From: Thermoplasmata archaeon
GTDB taxonomy: Archaea > Thermoplasmatota > Thermoplasmata > RBG-16-68-12 > JAFNFQ01
Assembly: GCA_041489255.1 (NCBI GenBank)
Contig: JBGPQV010000001.1
Span: 256,001-320,000 of the forward strand
Direction: 5' to 3'
Length of the DNA: 64,000 nt
The position numbers and the translations under genes were made by a program. The notes below the pieces were generated by a model. The model had not been told where the DNA came from, searched no databases, and was given only the letters and a program-made list of their open reading frames with translations. Positions 27,632-38,132 of this stretch are shown piece by piece. The stretch's first letter is position 1. Each line of letters starts with the position of its first letter.

Positions 27632-28894
27632 TTACGACGGCTGGGACACGTACCAGAACCAGATCAGATAGACCCCTGCGATTATCAAGGCTATCCCGCT
27701 GATTTTCTTGATCACGTTGACATAGCGGTTCATCTTCTTGACCGCCGCTTGTCCTGCTTCGCTCAGGAGGACCGTTATGGCGATCATGAGGGCGATGACA
27801 ATCGCGGAGTAGATGACGAGAACGAGCACCCCGAACATGATGTTGCCGTAGATCGATGCGTTCAGTATGGCGGCTATAAAAGGCGGAGCGACACACGCGA
27901 AGCCTGCAGCACCGTAGCCCACCCCATACACGAACATCTTGGGGCCGATTCCCATTTCCTTTCCTTCCTTGCTCGGGAGGATACGCTGCCTGAGCTTGCG
28001 GAACGGCTCGATTAGCTTGTGATACTGGAGCGGGGTCAGCGTTAGGGCACCGAGGATTATCAGAATCACGCCGACGTAGAGGCCGAGGGAACCCACGAAG
28101 GCAGCGGCGGAATAGCCGATGGCGAATACGATGACCGCGATTATGCCATAAACCACAATCATCCCGAGTGCCGCAAGGAAACCCCTTCCGGCCGCGGTGC
28201 GTGTGGACGGTTTCTGCTTCGAGCCTGCATCGATCCCGAGATAGTATGCCATGTAGCCTGGGAGCAGGGGGAAGGAGCAGGGGGAGAAGAAGGACCCGAC
28301 AGCAGCGAGTATCGCCAGCGAGTACACGCTCACCTGTGCCACTGCCGCCGACCCTCCCGTGCCGGAAATCGCGGCGGATATCTGTTTTCGCATTTCCTCC
28401 TTCTGTGCCGTGGGATCAAAGCCGCCCGTCGGATTAAATACCCAAGTGATGCCGCCGCCCTTGTCAACAATAACGACCTTCGGGAGTTCTTGGCCTACAG
28501 AATACTTCGTGTTAAGGGAGTCGGTGTCCTTGGCGACCAGCCAGGTTATATTCTGATCGTCCCTGTAAGCCCTCAAATCACTCTCCGTGTCGAATAACAA
28601 GACATCGATGCTTATCACCTGGAGATCGCCGACAAAGGATGGGACGATGTCCTTCAGGTTGTTAGCCACTATTGCGCAGCCCGGGCAGGCGATGTACATG
28701 AAGTCGAGGAGAACGACGTGATTGTTCCTATACTGACTGAGGGTGATATCGACGGGAGGTTCGTCGACACTCTTGATGCTAAAATCGGGAGCAATCGAGG
28801 TCTGGGGCGACATGACCGTTATCGCCACGACTATCAGGACGACTACGAGTATCAGGGTCACAGCGACAATGAGACTAGATTTGACCGAACTCAT
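27632..28894 (-). CDS. Redoxin (CxxC) domain fused to CcdA/DsbD-like membrane domain
   Basis: APDFS, LLDF...CPGC; FSPCSFPLLP and FACVAP. Confidence 0.88.
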   Translation of the reverse strand: MSSVKSSLIVAVTLILVVVLIVVAITVMSPQTSIAPDFSIKSVDEPPVDITLSQYRNNHVVLLDFMYIACPGCAIVANNLKDIVPSFVGDLQVISIDVLLFDTESDLRAYRDDQNITWLVAKDTDSLNTKYSVGQELPKVVIVDKGGGITWVFNPTGGFDPTAQKEEMRKQISAAISGTGGSAAVAQVSVYSLAILAAVGSFFSPCSFPLLPGYMAYYLGIDAGSKQKPSTRTAAGRGFLAALGMIVVYGIIAVIVFAIGYSAAAFVGSLGLYVGVILIILGALTLTPLQYHKLIEPFRKLRQRILPSKEGKEMGIGPKMFVYGVGYGAAGFACVAPPFIAAILNASIYGNIMFGVLVLVIYSAIVIALMIAITVLLSEAGQAAVKKMNRYVNVIKKISGIALIIAGVYLIWFWYVSQPS

Positions 28895-28976
28895 CCGGGC
28901 CGATAAAGTCCAGTGATACTACCCCCTATAAACCCTTGTAATGAACAGTCTGTATGTCCGGGCAGGCAGGTCCCTA

Positions 28977-29672
28977 TCAACTTCGCCTGGGAGCGATGGT
29001 GAACGAAAACGAGGCATTCGAATCCGGAGTCGTCGCCCTCAATTCCTTCAGCCTGACCACCTCCGGCCCGAGGTCCGCCAGCTGCTGCAACATCCCGTCT
29101 ACGTGGCCTTCGCCAACCACCGCCACCACCCGCTCGTACTTCGAGGCCAACTGTCGCACTCCCTGCGCGATGTACTTGTCCCTGTCGTCTATGAGTATCT
29201 TCTTAACCGAGGGGAACTGGCTGGCGAACTCGTCAAGGTAGGATGTGCGATCCTCGTCGAACCTCTTGAGCTCCCTCTCCACCTGCTTTTTCCCAACAAA
29301 GAGCGCCGCAATTGTGGAGACGAAGAGCTTCACCTTCTCCTCGAACGTCATCGATCCCCAGAGACGGGAGAGGACCATTCCTGAGTCCATGTCCAGGAAC
29401 GCGATGTCGGCCCCGACCTCGCCGGCGGCTTTGGTCGCCGCCAGCATCTCGTCGCCCACCTCGACCCCATATTCGTGCGCTATCCTCCTCTGGAAGTGCG
29501 AGAGAAGGCGGTAGAGAACACCAGTGTCCTCCCGCCCGTGGCGGTTATTGAGGGCGTGATACCTCTCCTGATCAAGCTCGACCCCGACCACGGTCGGCTG
29601 GCGGCTGACGACGACCTGCCTGACCTGCCCGCCGATGTCGAAAACGTGGCCCACGCCGATGATCGTGATCAT
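28977..29672 (-). CDS. TraB/PrgY/GumN family protein
   Basis: IIGVGHV, VGVELD..R, GDEM, LIDDRD, VAVVGEGHVDG. Confidence 0.88.
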   Translation of the reverse strand: MITIIGVGHVFDIGGQVRQVVVSRQPTVVGVELDQERYHALNNRHGREDTGVLYRLLSHFQRRIAHEYGVEVGDEMLAATKAAGEVGADIAFLDMDSGMVLSRLWGSMTFEEKVKLFVSTIAALFVGKKQVERELKRFDEDRTSYLDEFASQFPSVKKILIDDRDKYIAQGVRQLASKYERVVAVVGEGHVDGMLQQLADLGPEVVRLKELRATTPDSNASFSFTIAPRRS

Positions 29673-29714
29673 CCAGATGACGAAGGCAACCGTCGCATAT
29701 GAGACTATCGCGGA

Positions 29715-30245
29715 CTACGGCCTCAGCTCCAGCCAGGCCTCCGCGAATCTATCCACTGCCTCGTCCAGGAACGTCGCTCGATATGAGATGAGGGCCTTCG
29801 CGATCCTTTCGGGATCGTTGAGGCTGTAGACTCTTTCCCTGCCGACGTGCTCCACCGCGAGGATGCCCGTCTGGGAGAATTTCGAGAGATGAAACGAGAG
29901 CGTGGACTTCGCCTTGCCGAACGATTCGAGCAGCTCCTGGAACGTGCGCTTGCCCGCGAGCAGGATCTCTATCGCTATCCGCCGAGGAGCCTCCTGTCTC
30001 AGGAGCACCAGCAAACGCCGCTCTCTCTCATCGAAGGCGCCTCTGGCGAAATACCTCTTTCTGTTCCCCTCGAGCTGGACAGAGACCAATCCCGCTTTCT
30101 CCAGATAAGAGAGGTGATACTCCGCCTCGCCAACCTCAAGACCCGCCGCCCTCTGGATCTCCCTGAAGTACATCCCGGGGACGGAAGATATCTTGCGGTA
30201 GATCCGCCGCCTCGTCTCGAGCTCGAGGGCGTCCTTCGTGCCCAT
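29715..30245 (-). CDS. Double winged-helix (ArsR-like) regulator
   Basis: RRRIY...PGMYFREI...YHL..LEK; KSTLSFHL. Confidence 0.82.
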   Translation of the reverse strand: MGTKDALELETRRRIYRKISSVPGMYFREIQRAAGLEVGEAEYHLSYLEKAGLVSVQLEGNRKRYFARGAFDERERRLLVLLRQEAPRRIAIEILLAGKRTFQELLESFGKAKSTLSFHLSKFSQTGILAVEHVGRERVYSLNDPERIAKALISYRATFLDEAVDRFAEAWLELRP

Positions 30246-30248
30246 GCG

Positions 30249-30503
30249 TCATCTCTTTGCCACTGCCAGGTACATGAACAGCAGAATAATCAGGTCGAGC
30301 GCGAGTATCTCCCAAGATGCGAATGAGCTGCCCTTCAGCTCCCCGATTAGAGCGACATTGCCCATGACGAGGAACATCAGGAAAGCTATTGCAACGTATG
30401 CGAACCTGGCGTGACGCAGGCGGAAATACGACGCCAGAGAAGTCGCGAACAGAAGGAGCGAGAATCCGACTATGCACCCCGCGAGGAAGATTTCCAGAAT
30501 CAC
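30249..30503 (-). CDS. Small 3-TM membrane protein
   Basis: Three hydrophobic segments; 3 nt upstream of the wHTH gene; GTG start. Confidence 0.65.
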   Translation of the reverse strand: MILEIFLAGCIVGFSLLLFATSLASYFRLRHARFAYVAIAFLMFLVMGNVALIGELKGSSFASWEILALDLIILLFMYLAVAKR

Positions 30504-30590
30504 GAGGCTGAATCAGGGTCGCAGCATAAAAGACTTAGGGGGGGGAGAATCGGCCGAAGAAGCTTGGCGGGAGAATCCGCAGAATCCCCA

Positions 30591-31748
30591 CTACGCGCGC
30601 CATCTCACTGGCCCGCCAAGGACTTCTCTGAAAACCTCGACTGTGCCTCTGGTCATCCGCTCGGCGGTGAAATCCTTTGACTTCTCGAGCGCCCTCAATC
30701 CGAGTTGCGCCGCGAGCGAGTCGTCGGACATCACCGCCGCGAGATGCTTCGCGAGGGTTTCGGAATCATTTGCAGGAGCTGTCAGTCCGGCTTCACCGAG
30801 CACCTCCATGGTGGTCGATATGGACGACGCAACGATAGGAGCCCCGCAAGTCATTGCCTCGAGGACGGGAAAGCCGAATCCCTCGTAGAATGCCGGATAA
30901 AGGAATGCTGTCGTCCCGGAGATCAACGCCGGGACAGACGCATCGTCCACGAAGCCCGTGATCACTGTCCTGTCGGCGATGCCAAGTCGCGACACCAATG
31001 CGCGCAACTCGGCCTCGAAGCTGGGCAGCATGCCGCCTGAGAACACGAGCTGATGCTCTTTCGAACCCGCAAGTCCGCATGCACGGTGGAAGACCTCAGC
31101 TGCCCCGAAGGTGTTCTTGTTCCAACGGTGGACGGCATGCATGAGCACGTACGGTTTCCGTATTCCGAACTTCGCCGTGACCGCCTCGACCTCGCTCTGC
31201 CCCCGCCGTCCGAAGTCCGGCGTCAAGCCGAGGGGGACCACCTTCACCTTTCCCCTTGCCGAGCGGAACACCCGCTGTATGTCCCTGCTGCTGTTCTCCG
31301 ACGGCGATATGATCGCGTCGGTCTTCCAGAGCACGGCGGGGAGCCTCGTCCTGAACTCTGTCACTCCCTTCAAGGCGAACTTCCTGGGAAACAGGTTCGC
31401 CATCACGTCCATCAGCGTGACGACATTTCGCGGTGGCCATGACAGCAGCGGCAAGCCGACGCAGGCGGGCTCGAAGATCATGTCCACATGATTGCGCTGC
31501 AGGGCCTTGGCGAAGGCCACCTCCCACGAAATGAAGAAAGGAAGTGGGATTTTCGAGGAATACCGCCCATACTCCACATGCTCGTACATCTCGTAGAACT
31601 GGTTGGGCGAGGGATCCCTGTGAAAAAGGATGTAATCGTTTTCCTTGTCGATGTCGCGGAGGTAGGTGAGGATGTTGCTCAGGTACCGGCTCTGCCCGGT
31701 CCCCTTGCCCTGCTTGTAGAGTGTGTTGGAGATTATGCCGACCCTCAC
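30591..31748 (-). CDS. Glycosyltransferase family 4
   Basis: YPAFYEGFGFPVLEAMTCG (E-x7-E). Confidence 0.92.
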   Translation of the reverse strand: MRVGIISNTLYKQGKGTGQSRYLSNILTYLRDIDKENDYILFHRDPSPNQFYEMYEHVEYGRYSSKIPLPFFISWEVAFAKALQRNHVDMIFEPACVGLPLLSWPPRNVVTLMDVMANLFPRKFALKGVTEFRTRLPAVLWKTDAIISPSENSSRDIQRVFRSARGKVKVVPLGLTPDFGRRGQSEVEAVTAKFGIRKPYVLMHAVHRWNKNTFGAAEVFHRACGLAGSKEHQLVFSGGMLPSFEAELRALVSRLGIADRTVITGFVDDASVPALISGTTAFLYPAFYEGFGFPVLEAMTCGAPIVASSISTTMEVLGEAGLTAPANDSETLAKHLAAVMSDDSLAAQLGLRALEKSKDFTAERMTRGTVEVFREVLGGPVRWRA

Positions 31749-31968
31749 TCTTCCTCACTGTCCTCTTTTTGCGACATGCACGCCGGAGGCGCTCATTAGC
31801 CTATCTGCGTCCTGTGTTCGACCATTGTACCAAATCCCATATATCTAGACCGCGGCTTCGAAGTGACCAGAGGCTTCGTCTATTATCTGCCCACATAATA
31901 GATTTCCTCCGTGAGGGGGAAAAGCCTCCTCCATTCTTTTTTTGAAAAGCTGGAGGGGCGCGGACAAC

Positions 31969-32988
31969 ATGAAGCGCGTCGTAGCGATACTGGCACTGGC
32001 GGTCGTGCTCGCCCTCCTGGTTCCCTCAGGCGGAGCCCTCGGCTCCGTCAGTTGTGCCGGCAACTACTGCGACGTGACGACCGACAGCATCGAGTACCGC
32101 TATTTCCCGAACGACGCGATCACCATGCGGGACTACGGCGTCGCCACGGATGGCGGGGGCAAGCACATCGTCTTCACTCTAATTCAGGCCGGATCGTTCG
32201 AGACCTCGGAGCCTGACGAGCATGGCAGGACTGTCTCGATCATGGGAGGCAGGGCATCCATCGAGACTCACGACAGCGCGCATGCCACCCTGATCTACAG
32301 GGCCTCGCAACCCAGCAATGTGATATTCTCCTTGGATTCAGGGATTGGGGCCGTGTCGTTCGGCAGCAGCGCGATAATAGGCGACTCCGAGATGCTCGCT
32401 GACATGGCCGTCACCGAAGGACGCGCAATAGAGAAGTCGGTGGACAATGTGATGGTGGGTTTGCAGCCGGGAGACATCTTGACGTTCCGCGTCCAGGGAC
32501 CCTCGGGCAGCCTCGGCAATCTGCTCGCATCGGGGAACCTCGATGCCGAGTTGGACGTGAGGACGGTCGGTCCAACCGTCGATTCCGACCTAACGGCGTT
32601 CAGAAGCACGGCCATCATGACCGTGGACTCGGTCGCATCTGACCGCGCGTCGTTCTCATTCTCAGGGCTCGGGGCCTCTCCCGTCGTCATCGTCGACCTT
32701 TCCAATGACTTGTACGCGCCCCTGAAGGACAGCACGGCAGTGAAGGTAGACGGCCAAGCGCTCATCCGGTTCGATGATGTGAAGGACTTCCTCGGGAGCT
32801 CCGAGAAAGGCTTCGCGGTGGCGGAAGGCGTGGACTACGCCGAAATGCTCGTCCGGCTTGACTCTCAATCAGGTTCGCTGACTATCGAGAAGATCGGCCT
32901 CGACCCGCTCTTGGTGGTTGCGGTGCTCATGTCCATGTCCCTGTGCGTGGCTGCGGCCGTTTTCCTTTTCAGGCGGAAGACCCACTAG
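31969..32988 (+). CDS. Secreted, C-terminally anchored hypothetical protein
   Basis: Signal peptide MKRVVAILALAVV; C-terminal TM followed by RRK. Confidence 0.7.
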   Translation: MKRVVAILALAVVLALLVPSGGALGSVSCAGNYCDVTTDSIEYRYFPNDAITMRDYGVATDGGGKHIVFTLIQAGSFETSEPDEHGRTVSIMGGRASIETHDSAHATLIYRASQPSNVIFSLDSGIGAVSFGSSAIIGDSEMLADMAVTEGRAIEKSVDNVMVGLQPGDILTFRVQGPSGSLGNLLASGNLDAELDVRTVGPTVDSDLTAFRSTAIMTVDSVASDRASFSFSGLGASPVVIVDLSNDLYAPLKDSTAVKVDGQALIRFDDVKDFLGSSEKGFAVAEGVDYAEMLVRLDSQSGSLTIEKIGLDPLLVVAVLMSMSLCVAAAVFLFRRKTH

Positions 32989-33583
32989 TCCTAATCGGCC
33001 TGCCGGCCTTCGCGTAAATCCTCTTGATCGCCGAGGCGAGAGCGCATCCTCTGTGGAGCGTCTTCTGTTCGACCCTGATATGCTGGATGAGTGCCCTAAC
33101 CCGCCCTACCTCGATGATGTCACCAACGCAGAACTCTCTTTCCGGAGCGACGAAAATCTCCTTCGGTGAGCCCCTTCCAGCCTTCACCAAGGTTACTTTA
33201 ATTCTGACCATATCCGCGCGCTTCGCCCAGACCGTGTCGATGTGGCGGGCAGTGCACTCTGGGATGCGCCGCCCTTCCGACTCTATCGCGGTCACTTCAG
33301 CCTTACCCGAAGAGAGTTCCAAAAGGTCACCGACTCTCAGCAGGACGTCCGGGCCAAACTCCGTCTCGATCCTCTGAGAATCCTTCATCCAGCTGACAAT
33401 CACGGGGATTTTCAACGCCTTGGGCTCCCTGATGGTGATGTCGGATATCCTGCCACATGTTTGGCACTTCACGACTCCCTGGAAGACAATATCCCGTCGG
33501 CCAGACAGCTTTCCCTTGATCACCCTGTGCAGCACCTCGCCGCAATTCTCGCAGTTCGCCATGACGGCGCTTGGAGTGGCCAC
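32969..33583 (-). CDS. Archaeal zinc-finger protein (HVO_0476-like)
   Basis: CENC...H.VIK...KCQTCG, VIVS, VTAIE, TVWAK, F.VGD. Confidence 0.75.
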   Translation of the reverse strand: MATPSAVMANCENCGEVLHRVIKGKLSGRRDIVFQGVVKCQTCGRISDITIREPKALKIPVIVSWMKDSQRIETEFGPDVLLRVGDLLELSSGKAEVTAIESEGRRIPECTARHIDTVWAKRADMVRIKVTLVKAGRGSPKEIFVAPEREFCVGDIIEVGRVRALIQHIRVEQKTLHRGCALASAIKRIYAKAGRPIRTSGSSA

Positions 33584-33613
33584 GAACCGCCATACGGGAG
33601 ACCGGCAAAAAGG

Positions 33614-34501
33614 TTACCGGAGACGAAGCTTCCAACCGCATTCGGAAATTGCTTTTCCCATCCATTCCCAGAGGCGTTTACCGCAACGAGGGCACCGAGC
33701 ATGTTCGAGAAAAGTCTCAACCCACGCCTCGCGGACCTCTGGTATCTTCTCTGCCTTCATCTTGGCCAGCATTTCCTTCAGCTCTGCTGTCGTGGCGAGA
33801 GGTTCGAGCTTGTCGAGGTTTATGGTAGCCCGGCCTGCCTTCTTTTTGCTGAGTCTGGTCACGGCTGGCGCCATGAAGAATCCCGCGATTACCCCACCGA
33901 TGTGCGCCTCGAACGCGACCCCGGGGATGATGTATATGAGCAGGCTCGAAAGCAGGATGAATCCGATGGCCAACCAGAACACAGGGATGGCGGGCATCAT
34001 CATTCCGGGGAAGAACAGGGTCACCTTCTCCCGAGGATAGAGTCTTGCATAGGCTCCGAGTTCTGCCGATATCGCTCCGGACGCGCCCAAGACGAAGACG
34101 ACTTCGCCATAGTGTATGAAATAGAAAGTGAGGCTGCCGATCAATCCTCCGACGATGAAAATCAGCGCGAACGCCGGCGTCCCGATGCGGTCCTCCAGGG
34201 CCGCCCCTATGAAGATGAGCGCAGCCATATTGAAGCCCAAGTGGAGCAGGTTCTGGTGCACGAACATCGTCGTGAAGAACGAAGGGATCACATCCAGTTT
34301 CCATGTCCCGGTCACCAAGACCAGTTGAGCATATCCTCCGGACCAGCTTGGATCACCCCAGAACCTGGAGGTCGCCGCAAGCAGCGCGTAAATCGTGATT
34401 GCTGCGATCGTTATCGTCAGGCTGAGAGGCGCTTTGCGCACGAATGCGTAGACGAAGGCGCCTATGATCAACACGACTGCGACCGTAGCTACGATGTCCA
34501 C
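33614..34501 (-). CDS. Rhomboid intramembrane serine protease with C-terminal Zn ribbon
   Basis: MFVH...HLGFNM, GASGAI, AHIGG; CPRCG...CG. Confidence 0.92.
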   Translation of the reverse strand: MDIVATVAVVLIIGAFVYAFVRKAPLSLTITIAAITIYALLAATSRFWGDPSWSGGYAQLVLVTGTWKLDVIPSFFTTMFVHQNLLHLGFNMAALIFIGAALEDRIGTPAFALIFIVGGLIGSLTFYFIHYGEVVFVLGASGAISAELGAYARLYPREKVTLFFPGMMMPAIPVFWLAIGFILLSSLLIYIIPGVAFEAHIGGVIAGFFMAPAVTRLSKKKAGRATINLDKLEPLATTAELKEMLAKMKAEKIPEVREAWVETFLEHARCPRCGKRLWEWMGKAISECGWKLRLR

Positions 34502-34620
34502 GAGCCTCGAATCGCGGGAGCCTATTTAACGAAACCGCGGCTCCGCATCTCCAGCATCACGCTTTCCTCCATGAGCCGATTCACAGACTTTATTAGCCTC
34601 TGCCAGTATTCGAATGCGAA

Positions 34621-35916
34621 ATGAAGGTAGCAGTCATCGGCATGGGCTATGTCGGCGTGCCGGTTGCCGCCGCCCTGGCCGACGCTGGCAACAAGGTCGT
34701 GGGCATTGACATCTTGCCCAAGAAGGTCGAGCTCCTGAACAAGGGCAAGGGACCCATCGGCGGCAAGGAGCCCGGCCTCGACGATCTCATCAAGCTCAAC
34801 GTCCAGAAGAAGAGGCTCAGGGCCTCAATGGATTACGGGGAGTGCAGGACGGCCAAAGCCGTCATCGTGTCGGTCGAGACGCCAATCAACGACAAGACGA
34901 AGGACGCGAACTACAGGCCGCTGAAGGCCGCGCTGAGGAGCCTCGGGGCGAACCTTCGCGAGAAGACCTTGGTCTCCGTGGAATCGACACTCTCGCCAGG
35001 CACGATGGAGAAGATTATCAAGCCGACCCTGCAGCACAGGTCCGGGATGAAGGTCGGCAGGGACTTCTATCTGGTGCACGCGCCGGAGCGGGTGACCGCG
35101 GGGAAACTCTTGAGCAACCTCCGCACCGTCGATCGTGTGATAGGCGCGAATGACCCCGGAAGTTTGAAGGCCGCCATCAAGCTCTACTCGACAATCACCA
35201 GGGGCAAATTGCACCCGACGAACTGGGTCACGTCGGAGATAGTGAAGGCGGCAGAGAACGCCTACTGGGATGTGCAGATAGGTTTCGCCAACGAGATAGC
35301 CCTCGTGTGCGAGGACCTCGGGGCGAATGCCTATGAGGTCAGGGAGTTGGTCAACACATGCCCTTTCAGGAATATGCTACTCCCAGGGGCGGGCGTTGGT
35401 GGCCCGTGCATCCCCAAGGACCCGTGGCTCCTAGTGTCCAGCACGTCTCAGGGGAAGGTCTCCATCATACCAGCCGCGAGGGAGATCAACGAGTTCATGC
35501 CCGAACGCCTCGCCCAGCTGGCAGAGGAGGGGTTGAGGGAGGCGGGAAGGCGCATCAAGGGAGCGAGGATTGCGGTCCTCGGTTTCTCCTACAGGGAGGA
35601 GACCGAAGACACGAGGAACACTCCATCGGTCAAGGTGATTCGCGAGCTGAGACGGAAGGGCGCGGAAGTCGTCATCCACGACCCGTACGCGCCTTCACAG
35701 CGCGGTTATCACATTATCCGTGACCTCAACAAGGCGGTTCGGAAGGCCGACGCCCTCGTGATAGTCACGGGCCACAGGGCATACCGCAAGATGGACCTCG
35801 CCAAGATAGGGCGGAAGATGAGGCGCAGGGTCATCGTGGACGGCAGGAACGTCTTCCCACAGGGGCTTGGCGGCAGAAGGTTCGTCTACAGGGGCCTCGG
35901 GAAGGGCGACTACTAG
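34621..35916 (+). CDS. UDP-N-acetylhexosamine 6-dehydrogenase (WbpA/WecC family)
   Basis: GMGYVG, VEST, PER, K..EN, GVGGPCIPKDP. Confidence 0.9.
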   Translation: MKVAVIGMGYVGVPVAAALADAGNKVVGIDILPKKVELLNKGKGPIGGKEPGLDDLIKLNVQKKRLRASMDYGECRTAKAVIVSVETPINDKTKDANYRPLKAALRSLGANLREKTLVSVESTLSPGTMEKIIKPTLQHRSGMKVGRDFYLVHAPERVTAGKLLSNLRTVDRVIGANDPGSLKAAIKLYSTITRGKLHPTNWVTSEIVKAAENAYWDVQIGFANEIALVCEDLGANAYEVRELVNTCPFRNMLLPGAGVGGPCIPKDPWLLVSSTSQGKVSIIPAAREINEFMPERLAQLAEEGLREAGRRIKGARIAVLGFSYREETEDTRNTPSVKVIRELRRKGAEVVIHDPYAPSQRGYHIIRDLNKAVRKADALVIVTGHRAYRKMDLAKIGRKMRRRVIVDGRNVFPQGLGGRRFVYRGLGKGDY

Positions 35917-36890
35917 TCCAGCTTCACGACCTTGCCCTGTCTTTGAGAACGCAGGGCGGCCTCGGCCACGCGCAATGTCTCCATCGCATCTCTGCCTGTT
36001 GCCAAGGGCTTGCACTTCTTCTTGATTGCGTCGAAGAAGTCTTCAAGCTCCAGCTTCAAGGGTTCCTTCTTCTGGAGGGAGACGTGTCGTATGTCGTACT
36101 CGAATGGAACCTGGTAGAGGTTGAATGGGTCGTATTTCATCAGCGTCGAGGATGATATCGTGACAGACTGAGTCGTGTAGTCCATCTCGACGAAGGTCTT
36201 CAAACAGGTGAGCGACAGCTTGCGCACCTTCATCGGGGTCAGCCAGTTGACTTCGACGAAACCGGTGACGCCATTCTCGAAGCTCATCAGGATGTTCGCA
36301 TGATCCTCGAACTTCTCATGCATCTCCCTGCCGCCTAGCGTGTAGACGGACTTGACCGGCCTCCCTATCAGATAGCGGAGGACGTCCATGTCGTGTATGC
36401 CCAAGTCCATGATCACGCCGACGTCCCTCACTCTTGCGGGCAGGGAACTCACTCGCCTCGTCGAAGCGGTGATGAGCTGCCCGTACTCGTTTGCCTGCAG
36501 CGCCTTCTTCGCGAAACGCACGACGGGGTTGTGCCGCTCAATGTGACCTACGGCGAGCACCAGACCGAGGTCCTCCGCGGTCTCCACCAGCTTCTCCGCC
36601 TGGCGCAAGTTGGAGCAGATCGGCTTCTCGACCAGGACATGCAGGCCAGCCGCCAAGGCGGCATTGGCCATTTCATAGTGCAAGTTCGTCGGTGCCGCAA
36701 TGACAACAGCGTCGAGTTTCTCCTTCAGCAGGTCCTTGTAGTTTATGAAGTAGCTGACGCTGAACTTGTCCGAGACCGCCGCTCCGATCTTGACGTTCGT
36801 GTCGGCCACCCCGACGAGACGCGCCATCTCCGACAGCACCCTCGCGTGGTTCTGGCCCATCGACCCTACGCCTATGACGCCGACTCTCAT
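35913..36890 (-). CDS. Gfo/Idh/MocA oxidoreductase, WbpB-like sugar 3-dehydrogenase
   Basis: GVGSMG, VEKP, GHIERHNP, DLGIHD, WLTP.KVRK. Confidence 0.85.
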   Translation of the reverse strand: MRVGVIGVGSMGQNHARVLSEMARLVGVADTNVKIGAAVSDKFSVSYFINYKDLLKEKLDAVVIAAPTNLHYEMANAALAAGLHVLVEKPICSNLRQAEKLVETAEDLGLVLAVGHIERHNPVVRFAKKALQANEYGQLITASTRRVSSLPARVRDVGVIMDLGIHDMDVLRYLIGRPVKSVYTLGGREMHEKFEDHANILMSFENGVTGFVEVNWLTPMKVRKLSLTCLKTFVEMDYTTQSVTISSSTLMKYDPFNLYQVPFEYDIRHVSLQKKEPLKLELEDFFDAIKKKCKPLATGRDAMETLRVAEAALRSQRQGKVVKLD

Positions 36891-37009
36891 GGGAAACGCT
36901 CCGGTATCTCCGGCTGCCCAATAAAAGTATGCGAGGAAGGACGAGGGGACTCTGTCGAGGTTCAAGTTGATACTCGGGAAGGAGGCCCCAGAAGGGCGGG
37001 AAGGACAGG

Positions 37010-37222
37010 ATGGCGGTGGCGAAGGCGTTCATGCTCATGTCGATGCCGTTCGTGCTCGCGGAGGTGGCAACCGGTGTGGTGTCTTACCTCACCGGGCAGC
37101 TGTCGATACCGCCGTCGGTCGGACCAGGCACCGCCGTGGATCTCGCGATTCTCGTGGTAGGTCTAGCCGTCCAAGGACTCACGGTGTTCCGACCGGGACG
37201 AAGCTCAGTGCAAAGAGCGTAG
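37010..37222 (+). CDS. Small 2-TM hypothetical protein
   Basis: ATG start, two hydrophobic segments; no recognisable family. Confidence 0.4.
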   Translation: MAVAKAFMLMSMPFVLAEVATGVVSYLTGQLSIPPSVGPGTAVDLAILVVGLAVQGLTVFRPGRSSVQRA

Positions 37223-37504
37223 ATTCGTTGAATTCGGCATGGTCGGGCATCGCTTATGTGACACGGTTCGTTGCCGCCGCGATTTCCGAGGTTGAGCCAC
37301 CGCCAATTTGTGGTTTAGCGGGGAGGGAAGGCCTTACATCATCCTTACATCCCCCTTACGGATGCTCATCAAGCGGCATACTCCACGCTGTCCTCCCCCT
37401 GACACATCTCGTGCTTTGGTCTCTTGCTACATCCCCGCCTACCTTATTTGTACGGTCCACGCCAACAATCATAGCGCCCTTTCGCGGGGGCAGAAGGAAT
37501 ATCG

Positions 37505-37915
37505 ATGAGACTCAGAAACATATTTGGGAATAGGTACAGCGGGACGATAGGGAAGGACATGGTCGCGTCTTCATGGATGGGGATCCGCTACATGCGCGAG
37601 TACAAGGTCCCCATGGACCCGAAGACCGAGCAACAGCTGCAGCACAGGGCGCTATTCGCCAAGGCGGTTGAGACATGGCACGCACTCGATCCCCGCCAGC
37701 GGGAGTTGTACAACAAAGCCGCTGTCAGGATGACTGGGTACAACCTCTTCATAAGACAGTACATTGAGGCGGTGAGAAACAGACGGGAACCGGAGATCAT
37801 GCAACCGGCTGAAGAAACGGTTCAGAGTGGGGACAAGAGAGATCAGGAGATCTCGAAAGACAACCGAGAAGACACGGCGGATTGCCCTGACACCCTATCC
37901 TCCATCTTCGAGTAA
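37505..37915 (+). CDS. Hypothetical protein (DUF6266-like N-terminus)
   Basis: SGTIGK..V.SSW.G..Y.R....P..P.T..Q...R..F...W..L; AAGGA upstream of ATG. Confidence 0.65.
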   Translation: MRLRNIFGNRYSGTIGKDMVASSWMGIRYMREYKVPMDPKTEQQLQHRALFAKAVETWHALDPRQRELYNKAAVRMTGYNLFIRQYIEAVRNRREPEIMQPAEETVQSGDKRDQEISKDNREDTADCPDTLSSIFE

Positions 37916-37976
37916 TCGGAGATGAAGCCGGGATGGCCGTGGCCGCTGCCATCGAGGAGTCGCTCCAGACGTGAGC

Positions 37977-38120
37977 TTACTTCGCGAACTTGGCGGGGTT
38001 CTTGTCGAACTTCGCCTTGCAGCCGGGGTTGCAGAAGTAGTACGTCTTGCCCATGTAAGTGGAACTGCCCGCCGCGAACTTAGGGTCGACCATCATGCCA
38101 CAAATCGGATCCTTTTCCAT
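37977..38120 (-). CDS. YHS/TRASH copper-binding protein (47 aa)
   Basis: Manual translation [47 protein letters not shown]; GAGGAGGTG SD; not in the ORF track. Confidence 0.92.
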   Translation of the reverse strand: MEKDPICGMMVDPKFAAGSSTYMGKTYYFCNPGCKAKFDKNPAKFAK

Positions 38121-38132
38121 CGATTCACCTCC

